NCBI GenBank assembly: GCA_043228905.1
Contig: JBHGNT010000001.1
Span: 29,202,001 to 29,266,000, forward strand
Source: Azolla caroliniana
Taxonomy: Eukaryota; Plantae; Polypodiophyta
Reading direction: 5' to 3'
DNA: 64,000 nucleotides
Position numbers and translations under genes: made by a program
Shown here: one piece after another, positions 24,654 to 37,300 of the stretch
Layout of the letters: each line of letters begins with the position of its first letter
Position numbering within the stretch: the stretch's first letter is position 1
The notes under the pieces: generated by a model
Told to the model about the DNA's origin: nothing
What the model saw: only the letters and a program-made list of their open reading frames with translations
Databases searched by the model: none

Positions 24654-26267
24654 GACTCTGTCTTACGCTGCAGACATGCTTCCAGAAACCGAAATCCAAA
24701 TAACTCTGAGGGACATGGATTCAGAAATCCTAATTCCCACATTGGCACTGAAGAGGAGGGGAGGGGAATCAGGCTTCAGCGGCAGCCTAGCATTTTCCAA
24801 AACTACCAAAATACCCCTCTATCTCGAAGTCAAAATAGTGGAGGGAAGAAAGACGTCGTAGAAAGAGAAAGAAAGATAGATATATTAAGTGTCTTCTACG
24901 ACCAAAATTGGGCCATGGGACACAAATGATACAATAAGGGGACGTGTACCCAATCATCGAAATTCAATTAAGCGTGTCAATTATAATCATGAGAGATCAA
25001 TATAGATTTCATTATTGTCTTGGGAGGTCAAATATGACCCATGAGACCAAGAACATACCATTTTCACGTAATGCATGCGAAAGCGTGTTGCAGCAACTCT
25101 CTCTTATTTTTTTTGGGTGAAAACACACAATTATATTAGTAAATATGTGTGAAAAACACTACTTACAATGGGTGTCACAATGGAGTATGGTCACACACTT
25201 AACTACACCCATCCTTAACCTCATTGTTTCCCATTTTTGTTCATGCATTTTACAATGGGCATCTCGTTGTGACAAGGTATGCTCTTCATTCACAAAGCAG
25301 TGTGTTGTTGTAGATCTACCGCTTTGTATTGTCAATAATTGTGCATACAATGGGCCTTTCTCGCGAACAAGCAACACTATGTTCACCAACTATATGCCCC
25401 AATACACATTCACATATGACATGCCATAATGCATACTAACGACTTCTCCAATGAGCTTTTCGAGGGTTGCGAGTGTTTCCATACTCTCCTTGTTAATCCA
25501 ATAGACAATAATGATCTTCAATCTCCATTCACATTCTTACAATACTCGGACAACTATGTTTTCTACATTCTTTCCCTCATTCATCACTTGGCATAGTGAG
25601 TTAGAGACAACATCACGATCACATACACCAAGCCAACAACTTTGTTATGCACACATTTTTCTTTTCACTCACATCCCACCTCATTGTGTCCATTTTTTCA
25701 TCTTTCAAGGCTTCATTTAGCTCAATTGTGTTTAAACACTCATTTGTTTATAGCCATTATTGCTTGCATTCTCAAGGTTTGCAACCAAATTCTTGTGATA
25801 TCATTCTCAACAACTATAAACTTGTAGTTTTGCATTCTCCCTCACAAGTCTCCAACCTCTTTAACTTGTTTGTTTATGGTTTCTTGTAAACAAAACTAGC
25901 GAAATCATAAGAAATGACTCTATTGTGGCTGAATTTGTTACATTGAGATTGAGAATCTTTGGTGTTCTTAGCTCACTATATATCATAGTTCTAGCCTTTG
26001 TGGCTCCCTTGCCACAGTTTGCCTTTCCAAAATGTGTAACTCCTAGTTCATCAATTTAAGCAATAGCTTTTCAAGGCCAACCCTCATATGCCAAGTTATG
26101 GCTAAGAGGGAGTGATATTAACATTGTTTCGAGAGACTAAAATAGTCGGTGAGAAGACCAAACAAAAGATTACATATGAAAATATCATATCATACATATC
26201 TTTGATATTTTGTCTTAACATAGAAAAAATTACCATGAGAGCTCACCTTCAGAATCAAACAAGAATG

Positions 26268-26420
26268 TCACAAGGCAATGCGCAATAAGCGATTAGTCAA
26301 ATATTGATGCATTAGTTGAGTTAGACCCCGCATTGGGGACCAAAAAGGAATGGCACAAGACAATACGAGAAAAGTGATTAGTCAATGAGTTAATCCATTA
26401 GTTGAGTTAGTCATTGGGGT
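26268..26420. repeat. Degenerate tandem duplication (~86-bp period, 2 copies)
   Basis: CACAAG(G/A)CAAT..GATTAGTCAA..CATTAGTTGAGTTAG..CATTGGGG occurs twice. Confidence 0.65.
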
Positions 26421-28727
26421 GACCTTACATATTAAAACTACCTTATCTAAGAGAACGAAAGTTATCAGTCACTTCAAGCCATTTTGTTGTATCTATCCAT
26501 TTATGCTTTTGTGAGAGCACATGAGATTGCATATAAGTTGCACCCTCTCCTTGTTGGAATCTCACTTTCAACATTCTACAATAATATTTTACTTTTTGCT
26601 TCCATTGTGTCTTTATGTCATTAGGTTGGTTTGTGTAAGTCTTATTTCATGCTTGAACCAATACGAGGAGTTGGGAAAGTTGCACACCATGTAAAAGTGG
26701 TTATAGGCCTTTTGCACATATAAACATGGTTGAATCCCAACAAGAAAATTGATATAATAGTCATCTACGTGCATGTACTTATTGACTTATTTGGTGGAAC
26801 ATCAAGAAAATGGGAACTAAATTAGGGGCGAGGATCAAGGCATGTGTGAAGAAATAAAGGATAGAGATGGAGATCAAAGACCATGTGAAGAGGGCGTTAA
26901 GCTATGAGAAACATGAGAACAAATGAATCACATATCTTTTAGAGAGGAAATATCAGGTTCAATTGTTTTCTGGCAAAGGGATGCTAGGGTATGGGATGTT
27001 TTGAATGCTCAAAGAAGGTAAAAACATGAAATTAATTTTGTGATGTGGAGAAACATTATAAATAGAATATATGCATACATGTATGTGTGTGTGAAAATAT
27101 TGTTTGGTAATAGTTTAAGAAATTGTGTAGTTTTCCACATTGGTTGTTTTTAGAAAGACACTTGGATTGTGTGAAGCGTTTCTCATGAACATTACCTTAT
27201 AGTTGTTTTGGTTTGCCCAATGGGCACTTGGATGAGGTGGTTGCTCAAACAATAACAATTTCTACCGAATATACTTGGAAAGATTTCAACTCATTTAGAG
27301 TTTTATGATGTAAGGATTTAATATGTCCTCATCTAGCCCTTAATAGTTATTATTCTCTCCCATGCACTTGTTACAACTGTTGATACCTCTGACTAATCCT
27401 TAGTGTAGACTCTAGAGAATGTTTGGATCACAATTAGAGAATATGCCAAAGTTAAGAAGAAGTGTTTTGTTGAGTTTAAACTTGTTTTATTTATTTATTT
27501 ACGTTTTGTATTATGTTTGTTGAGTTATTTGATTAAATAGATTCTTGTCTTGTCCAAATATGTATGAGAAGGGTATTATTCTACATAAATTTCCCTTAGA
27601 TTATCCACCCTCCCCTAGAACAAACAACCTTTAGGCCCTACTTGGCTAACCATTGTCTAGAATCTAGATGGTAGAAAATCAATAATAATGAAATTCTTTT
27701 TGTCTCTTTAATGATTGCAATTTAACCTAGAAGGGGTTAAATTTCATGTTTTGAGTGAACAAGTTATGCTGAACTACAATATTTTGTTAATATATGATAA
27801 CAACATACATTTTGAATGGCAACAAGTTACACCTAGTTTCTATTGGTAAACTATGGCTATACAAATTTACTTTTGCGTATGTCAATGGCAAATGCATAAT
27901 GTTTTTTTAAGTTGAATAATTTGAAATGTATCTCATTGATGGAAGTGAATGAATGCGCCCACCCTCACCAACCATATTTTGAAATATTTCTCTATTGAAT
28001 ATGGGAGATGGAATTTATTAAATTGCGTTCCAACAAAAAGGCCCTTTAAATGCTACAATAGTAACACACTTTCGAAACCTTCAAAAGCTCCTTACAAGTG
28101 CAATGGCACCTTGAACAAACGGATGCTTTTGTCAGATAACTCGTGACCCGAAGCAACTTCAAATTAAAAGTAGCTTCAATGAGTAGCTTCAAATTAAAAG
28201 TAGCCATAGTGCGAAAATCTCAAATATTGAAATGAACAAGCTTAGAAAAAACACACAGACTTATCTAGTTCGAAAAACATGGAAATATCTAAATAAGTTT
28301 GAGATGGTAAGTATTGTGGTATGTCCAACGGGACGAAATAGTAATACTCATTGTACCATGAGTTGTGTCTCGAAGATGTGATTTGATACAAAGCGACGAG
28401 CGCACAGACTAATAAAGGCACTTACACGTGTGTGTGTCGAGTGTTTGAATAACGATATGGGAAAATGCACAACGTCTAGGTTGTGTCGGATATGCGAGCG
28501 ATAATGAGAGACAAGAGGGATAATTGTATAGATTGGATTGGATTGGATTAGATGGACATTAGACGTGCATGGGGAGAGCGTTTACATTGGGATGTATGAG
28601 AGATGGACGAGACCTAGGCTCTTACAAGCTTGAGCCTATGCCCCCGCTCCAACCATGATGATCCAACCCAACTCTTGGGTTCTCCCAATTCCATGACTTT
28701 TGTTTGACGTGGCCAGGGTCCATACGT

Positions 28728-28892
28728 AATATACATATATTTATATTATATATATATATATATATACATAACACTCCTATATATTATATTATTATGTATA
28801 TATACTTACATACATACATATACATATACAGAAAACATTTTTATACATAATATACATATACATATATAAGTGATTATATATGTATATGTGTG
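28728..28892. repeat. AT-rich (TA)n/(TACA)n low-complexity tract
   Basis: Runs of TA and TACA upstream of the CID7-like gene. Confidence 0.85.
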
Positions 28893-30412
28893 TGTAATTT
28901 ATGTATCGCTAGGGACAAAAGGAGTTGGGCGGTGGGGATGTGAAGGGGATTGGAAAAAAAGCAAACGCAAAAGCATGACTCACTCCATTTTCATGCCAAT
29001 CTCCATCTCTATCTCCATCTCCTTCTCCATCTTCATCTTCATCTTCTCCGGCTTTAATAGTCTGACCGAAGGGCATCGTCTCTTCTGCACCCACAAAACA
29101 GGTTTCTCTCTCTCCCTCTCCCTCTCATTTCACTGATTGGTCATTTCTCGGTTTCAAATTCCTTTCTAAGAAACCCCATAGCTTTAGTCTCAACAAGAAA
29201 AGCCTCTGCAACAAGTTGATGTAAGATCCTCTCTGGAACATGTACATATATATGCTTATGATTTGATGTCCCCTATTTTTTTTGGTTTTTTTTTAATACG
29301 GATAAATACCACAAAACAGTTGAAATGTATGCGCATAATGTCTGCCTATCTATCTATTTTTGTTAGTTGGAGCTTGATTCCACGGGTTGGAAGTTGTGTG
29401 ATACCATTCGATATTGTCATGGAAAATAAAGTATTTTTTAATCCATTCATATCATATATCGGGGTCATATTGTTTCTTCTTTCTGTCTTCTTTTGTAAAA
29501 CAAAAACTGTTTTGTTTTTCCGGAGATATTTCGTGGACATTTTGGCGTTGGCTTCCATCATATCAAACAAAAGGGCACAATATTGGCATAGATTATAGCT
29601 TCAACTAGATTTATGCACTATAAAGCTCGCAGAAATTATATATGTTTTCCTGACGAGGAAACTAATGAGTAACATGCTGTACGTAATACTACTACTTTAT
29701 ATCATATTAATGGACAAAACTACTTGGTTTTTCATGATAAAATAAACATTTACTCAGTTTCCACATCAAATCAAGATTTTTGCCAAATGTGTACAAATGT
29801 TTTTTTCTGAAGGAATTGATTTTCACATGAAAAAAGGTAATCTTCGTGCATTTACTGTATATATCGCTAAACTGTCTTCTCATTTATGTCTTTTGTACAA
29901 TATTTGGATTTTGTTGAGATTGAATGCATATTTGTCTGAAGTGTGAATCCATTCATGCAATTGTATGATCATCTACCCTTGGGTTATGGGTAGTGAATTT
30001 GTAAAACTAGTTATTGTGCATTGCATTATTTTGTGTTGAATTTTAATGCAACACAATATCAGACTCATTGCTCGAGTCTTGGACCCACAATCTCATGGCG
30101 TCAAATTGGAAATCTTTAAACACTAAAGAATTGTAACATAACAAGGTAGGCTCTCCAGTCTCGAGTCTATAAGCAGAACTTGGGGGGGGACTTTGAAGTG
30201 AATGCTTTCAGCTTGTGCTTTACAATATTACATCTTCGCTATCTTATTTGACCTATGAGGACAAGAATTCTATTTATCTCTCAATACTTTACCATTAGCA
30301 TATAAAATGAGTGTGAATATAATAAAAATTTGAAGTTTTTCAGGAAATCTCCAATCTTATATGTCATTCATTGGACACAATCACATACAAAGTAGCATCT
30401 GGAACAACAAGA

Positions 30413-32838
30413 ATGGCACTCAACCCCAATGCAGCAGAATTTATTCCTTCAGCTCTTAGGCCATCCAGAAATGTGGAACCTTCAGGAAGAGTAGTAAATC
30501 AATCTATTTCCTTGAGTTTGGGTGCCTCAGATGATGATGACTTCACACGCTATTGGAGGGATCATCTTCCCGATGATATCATTCCAGATTTTGGGACTGT
30601 GACCAGCACTAGAGATGACAGGTCCAGAAGCATATGGTCATTTAGGAACAACAAAGCCAAGTTTTTTTCAGTATAGATTATATGCCGAAGCTGTAGATAT
30701 TCTTTGTTGATGTGGATTCAGGTCTTTGGAGCAACGATATATGGAAGAAGCTACAAGCGGTTTTAGGCCTGAGATGGTAAGAGAACGAGATGTCATTGAT
30801 CCTGTGGCACTTCTTGCACAGAAGTTCCCGGGGATTGCCATCCAAAGTTTGGCAGATGTTTTACAAGCAAACGGTGGGGAACTGAGCCTCACAATTGAGA
30901 TGCTGACGTATTTTGAGGTTGGAAGATTCTTCTGTGCTTGACTATTACCCCACAGAAGCTCGTGTTATGTGTGAGATTTCCACGAACAATAAACATTTAT
31001 GCATAGCAAAGTAATTAGGAGTTAAAGAAGGCTAGAGTAAGTCCATTATATATTGGATGACCTTTATCTATGAATTGGACATATATTTTAGGGTTTGGAA
31101 GTGCTTGAAGGGTTAGCTAACCCTATATCTCTGTTATACCGTGCTATATATGAATTTTTTATGGACATATATGCATAAGTAATTGGGTGCTAATGAAGGA
31201 AACAGGAGGTAGGTTCATTAGTTAGTGGACAGTTTTTGGCTGTGCAGAAGGCTATGGTGTAGACGTGTAGATTAAGTTTTGCAGCAGCTTCCTTTATAAA
31301 GAGATAACTACACTTTGCCCTACACAGTGCTGTGTTGAACGTGAATTACAATAAGGCATTCTATTCAGAAGAAAACCATTTGCAAATGAAGGCTTTTCTC
31401 CTGAATGTGAATTATTGAAAGGCCAACTGCAAAACTCTAGTAAATGTAACCATCTTATTGAGAAGAAAAGCATTTGTTATTTTCTTGCCAATGCAAAAAA
31501 TAAATGCTTTTCTTCTCAAAAAGATGGTCATATATCATAGAACATGGTGGAATAGCATCACTGTCTGCTGCTTGGGGATTTCTTCCTGACCGTCAAGATA
31601 ATGATGGCCTTCTTTGTACGATTTCATTGTGTGAGGTATCCAATCCTTTGTGCTTTGTTTCGACCAAGGGATGTTGAAGCCCTTTGGCAGGTTTTTGCTC
31701 TCTAACTAATGGAAGGATGTTTTTTTCCGCAGAAAAGAAGTATTATACAGGAGTATAAATATATCATAAGTTTCTTTGCTTCTGTTTGTCATTCTTGTAG
31801 CTTCAAGATGACATTAGGTCAATTGGGCAGTTACAGAGTAGGCTTCCAAACCTAACAACAATCGATTTTCCGGCCTTATCTGGACCTGAGCTTTCTGAAA
31901 ATGGATCCCGATCGTTTGAAGACTTCCTTCCGAGTGTGATATACAACTCTGATATGGGTAGGGGAGACACTGCATCAGACTTCGTTGCCGCAGTTCGAAA
32001 GATTAATGCATCTCAACGACAAATGGAAAGGAATGAACCCATTGATCACCTTTATTCTCCACATGGTGGTTTTGGGGCAAAACTTGGTGCTTGGCAGCAA
32101 TCACATGTCTGGCTCGGGACGGGAGAAGCAGTTTGTAAGCATTTTGATAGTGCGTAACACATTTTGTGAAGACAAAGAGATTTCACGACTGTAGTTTCTA
32201 TATGAATATTGTATCATTTCAATAATTGAATACATTGTTTTGAAGAAATGTTGAGATTTCAGAACTTTGAATGTACTGTATCCAATGAAATCTGAATGTA
32301 TAGCAAATATGCATGAGGGCTATGGGAGGAGACAAAAGTTCATGCTAAAGTCTGCAAGGCTCATTTTGGGAAGGTCTAATTTGGTGCGGTATAGATCAGT
32401 GTATATTACAATCTCTTAACCATGCATTAGGGGGTCAAATTATGGTTAAAGATAAGGTCAATTAGAAACTGAGCACTGATAATCTAGACAACTATGGGTG
32501 GTCAAAGGCTTCTCATTTGTTGATTACATCTATCTCTGACAAAAGAGTCCAGAACTCTTGCCCATTTCCCATGGCCGTGGAGATGTTTTTGGTCAAAGAT
32601 GAACATCTCCCTTTCACCAAACAACTGGGCATGCTCAGAGTTATTCTGGGTTCATGAGTATCTAGATGGAGATATCAATAACATTCGCCTCATCCAATGC
32701 GTTGGAGCTGGGCATCAGATAAAAGAGTCCAGAACTCTTGCCCATCTTCCCATGGCTATGGAGATGATTTTGGTCAAAGATGAACATCTCCCTTTCACTA
32801 AACAACTGGCCATGCTCAGAGTTATTATGGTATCATGA
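30413..32838 (+). pseudogene. CID7-like PABP-interacting protein (PAM2 + CUE intact; DUF1771/Smr region decayed); pseudogene or truncated gene
   Basis: Exons: 30413-30621 or 30660 (both donors are phase 2), 30722-30917, 31801-32134, 32304-32373. Motifs: PAM2 LNPNAAEFIP; YWRDHLPDDIIPDF; CUE DPVALLAQKFPGIAIQSLADVLQANGGELSLTIEML; DFPAL; DFVAAVRK; VWLGTGEAV. Exon 32304-32373 needs a 1-nt frameshift to give the conserved NMxxxLxEExxxHA pattern. The Smr C-terminal segment CVGAGHQIKESRT..LRVI is at 32698-32838. A probable 5' UTR exon ends at 29220 (GTAAGA donor), with an acceptor at 30343. Confidence 0.8.
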
Positions 32839-32865
32839 GGGTATCAAGATGGAGATGAATAACTT
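32538..32865 (+). repeat. Direct duplication (~145 bp x2) of the Smr C-terminal coding segment
   Basis: AAAAGAGTCCAGAACTCTTGCCCAT..GGTCAAAGATGAACATCTCCCTTTCAC..ATGCTCAGAGTTATT occurs at 32541 and 32721. Confidence 0.9.
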
Positions 32866-34335
32866 TCACACTTGTGCTAAAATGTATATAATATTTGTGA
32901 CGTCCCAATTTTCTTTTCAGTGATAGGCCATCATAACATCTCACAGCAAATGATTTCTATGCATATGACATGATTGCAACAGTGCCAACTGATGCACTGC
33001 CACGACGTTTTACACGTCAGTGAGATGTGTTCTCAACCATTGGCCTAATGTTGAAATTACCAAATAAGGCGGTCTTAATGAGGACTTCATGGTATTTAAT
33101 AAGTGTATGTTGAATTCCCATTTGTGAATGCTTCAAAACCTATGACGAAACAGGGGTGCAGAATATGTTAAACATGGAGTAGAATGTGATTAAAAGTAAA
33201 AACCTACTGTAATGCTAAGCCACATAGCATGATAAACATCATGTACATAACTGATGAGGCAGAGCTTGCATGGATTACCCATTTACATGAAGATGAGTAT
33301 ATAATTGATGAGATAGATCTGAACGAGGTTACCATTTGCATGAAGAATGTAGATATAGTAATGCTAAAAGAAGCTTCACACTGATCAGGAAGACACTATG
33401 ATGTTTCAGAAAGCTTAAAGAGTATTCATTTACAGGCTACCGATTACCTACAAATCCATAGCTAGCATTAAATACACATTGAATCATCATAGCTACAACC
33501 TTGGGAAACAAACAACACCCAATTCTTTTATAATGAGAAAAAAATGGACAAGATTTTTCATTCCTATTTCTATCACAACAAACTCTCTTTTGCCTTGCAT
33601 AAAGCAATGCCAAACACATTATAGTATTGAATACAGACAAAGTTGCATATCAGAGAAATCTAATGACTGTATGTCCAATAAAGAATTTAGATTACTAAAT
33701 TGTAAATTACATCCAAACAAGACTTTTCCAGCATCTTTGACAACATTATGGTTCTTCACCAAGATACTTTAATGTTAAAACCTCACAATGAAAACTACAA
33801 AAATACATAATGCACACAAATTGCTTAGTGAATTCCATCTTAGTTTATACATTTGGTTGACGGTTGGGACATTCGGTCTTAATTGTAAAAACCTTAGATA
33901 TCAACGGAAGAGGTCATTGTCCCTTCAGAGAAGGATTTGGATAACTTTGTTGGGTGGAGTACAAGGATAAAACGTTCAGACATGGAGGTCTCCTGAGGGA
34001 GAGGTTGATGTTCACTCATACACCTAGACAGATATTATGACTGATTTCTTCCACATACTAGGACACATGACCCACATACTAATTCTGTTTATTGTAAAAG
34101 ACAACTTGGCAACGTATTCTCAATATCCTCAAAACTCACATTTACTTCGATAAGTGACATCAAAATCTGGTTTCTACACTCACCATGTAAATTCTAAAGG
34201 TAACCAAACAAAAGTGCCATGTAGTTTTGGATTTATACATGTGTGTGCATGTATTTCCACAAGAGGCTTTCCTTGTGCCAATACATACATGTCAAAACAT
34301 TTGATGCATGTTACCTTGGAGTATCATTTCAGGTT

Positions 34336-37300
34336 TCACCACACTTCTTTAGATTTTTGGTCATTTCCATTTCCATTATCATTTGGAATGGTAGTCTGTG
34401 CTTCGAAATGCAATTCGACTTGATCCTCATCTTCATCTTCATCATCCTCATCTAAACTCCAAATGAGCTCTTCATTCTCTTCTTTTCTATCACTGCCATC
34501 TGATTTCCATTGTAAACCCCACATTGATTTTTCGTTCTCTTTAGCATGTTCATCCTCTTCTTCATCACTGGCATCATCATTATCACCATCGGCATCTTCA
34601 CCATCATCAAGGCTAGCATCTTCATCACTATCATCTAATATTAGCTGCAAATCCAAGTCGGAGTAGTCTTCATCTTCTTCACGTCCATCAACTTCAGATA
34701 TATATTCTTCTGATTCTGATTCTTCTTCATCTGAGCCTCTACCCTTGTTGAACACTCTATGATTTTCAATTTCAACCAGATCATCATCCAAGTCTTCTTC
34801 TACCTCTAATGCAGCTCTCAATTCTGGCGATATACTATCCAAAGATGCTGGCATTTCATCGCCCTCAGGCCAACCACGGTACATGATTATCTTATTACTC
34901 TCTTGAGAAACAAGAACTCCTCCTGTTAGATTCTGTGAGAGCACACAATCGAAACCCATTTCATGAGAAACCATGCAGCTTTGTATAGCTTACATCAGCA
35001 TTGAACATTCATGCTCATTAGAAATTGAGGCATCTTTATTTATTTACCCTTTCATGGTTTAAAAACAAAGGAATAATCACCTCCAAAGTTTGCACCAAAT
35101 CCTGAATCGATGTTCCTTGGCCTCGACCTTTCACCACGACTTTTACAAGGGCATGATGAAGGAAATAGATTCGAATGCCTCTTGCCAATCCTTCCAAATC
35201 ATTGCTCTTTCCTAAAAGAAAAGAGAGAAACAAAGAAGAACAAATAAATATTTATTAACATATTTTAAGAGGGCCAAAAGGCCTTTAGGACTGCACAAGA
35301 AATCACACACCAAAACATAACAAGACGAGAATACTGAAGAATCTACTTATCAAAGCACTTCAAATTTCTGACATTAGAGAGACTAAACTTCTGCCTTCGA
35401 AAAATCTCCAACCTGAACCACTCCAGAGGTGAGAGGAGACATTTTTTCTTTTATAAAAAGCACACAAACATTATGAACCACCAAAACACACCAAAACATT
35501 ATTAATTTATTTTAAAATGTTGTCTCATCTTTGAGGACATAGGATACTAAAGAGTCTACTTATCTAAGCACTTCAAATTTCTGACATTAGAGAGACTAAA
35601 ACTTCTGCCTTCAAAAAATCTCCAACACGGACCACTCCAGAGGTGAGAGAAGACTTTTTTTCTTTTACAAAAAGCAGATGAACATTATTAACCGCCTTTA
35701 TCAATAGCCATTGAACACATGCCATGGACAAATTATAGCCAATAACAATCAAAGCATTAATGTACAACAATCTTTCATTTGTAATTATTCTCAGCTATAC
35801 ATTATTAGAGGGACAGTTTGCTTTAACTTACCCACAAAGAACTGTGAAGCCTTGTTCAAAGAAAGAGCCTTTTTCCTGAGCCTGAGTCTTTCTGTATTTT
35901 TCAAGGGGTCAGCTCTATGTATTGCACCTAATGCCACGAGCCTTTCAAGCTTCTTGATTCTGTCGCGAAACATTTTATGATCAACCTCCTCTTTAGCCTC
36001 ATCTTCAATAGTTGAGGGTTCCGAATCACTCTACAATGGACCCATTACTCATGTCAAGCACATTAAGGTTTTAGGCATAATGTGAGATGAAACTATTCAA
36101 AGTTCAAAGCCACAACTTCTATATGGGTAGTTAAACAGAGGGTGATGGATGTAAAAGCTTTAAAATCACTATCACTGATATTAATAATATGCTTTTCTAA
36201 TAAATATACTGTAAAGCATGATTCATACACTGGGATTTGAATGTTGCTGTCATGAATAAGTATTAAATAGTTATTTTAAGTTCTTTCAAGGATCCACATC
36301 CAATTATATGAGGTGGGCGGGGTTTCATTTTAATTTTCATCTTTGAAAACTTTGAACTATCTTTGTGGCACAGTGCTAAACAGGCCATATTTGCCTTGCT
36401 TGGAACATGATTGAATCGCATTGTGCGTTATTACATATGGGCTACATCTTAGGAGACCGTCAGCTTATTTTCTCATGGCCAATTAACCTTTTCTGGATGT
36501 AAAATTTCAGTTTACTGTCTCCAATTTCTTAAGGTTGTTTATTTTAGTTTATATAAGATTCCCCTGGTGGTGAAATCTTAGCTAAATTGGCGGTTCAATT
36601 GGTGATTTCCCATCCTTTGGAAGTTCCACAGGCCAGTTTCAATGTTCAAAATTTTCTCAAGAGGATGGAATATCTATTTGTATATCCTTGGCCAAATGCT
36701 CAAGGGATAACCACGTTGTCTCAGGGAGTTTTACTAGTTTATATTTACTTTGGTTTGTTAACATCCAAGATGAGACAACATTTTCGGATATAATCTCTTG
36801 TTTGATCTCATACACTACTTAAGAATCATAAGAAGACGTACCATTCCATTCTTTCATTCATTTGTTCATTCGTCATTCTGCTCCTGCCTTACCTATGTAA
36901 CCTGCCCTACAGGACTCCGTGGACAATATTATTCTACTGATAGAAATTGACTATATGCAAGGTTTTGTTCTAGTCATCCTCATCTATTTTATAGCTTCCC
37001 TCATCTATTCTCTAACTACTGCTCGTATCCTTCAAAAATATCCAAGTTAGTGAATGTGAGCATATGGCCAAGCTCAGCCAAACATGGGCGTCCCTATGAA
37101 TCCCTAAGGCATTTCATAAGATATGTGCAAATGCCAGATCCATTCTCAAATAGTGTCGATGTGAGTGGTCGTGGTATATGGCACTAAAGGTCCAACCACA
37201 AAAACATACCACGTTCACTTCCAAGTGCATCACATGTAGCTAACATTGTATTCATGAAATGAGTACAATATAAATGAGAAAATCCAAAAAACCTCAACAC

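Noticed and set aside
25000-28600. Short Cys/His-containing ORFs and low-complexity DNA upstream of PPR2
   Set aside because: No coherent domain or terminal repeats are visible.
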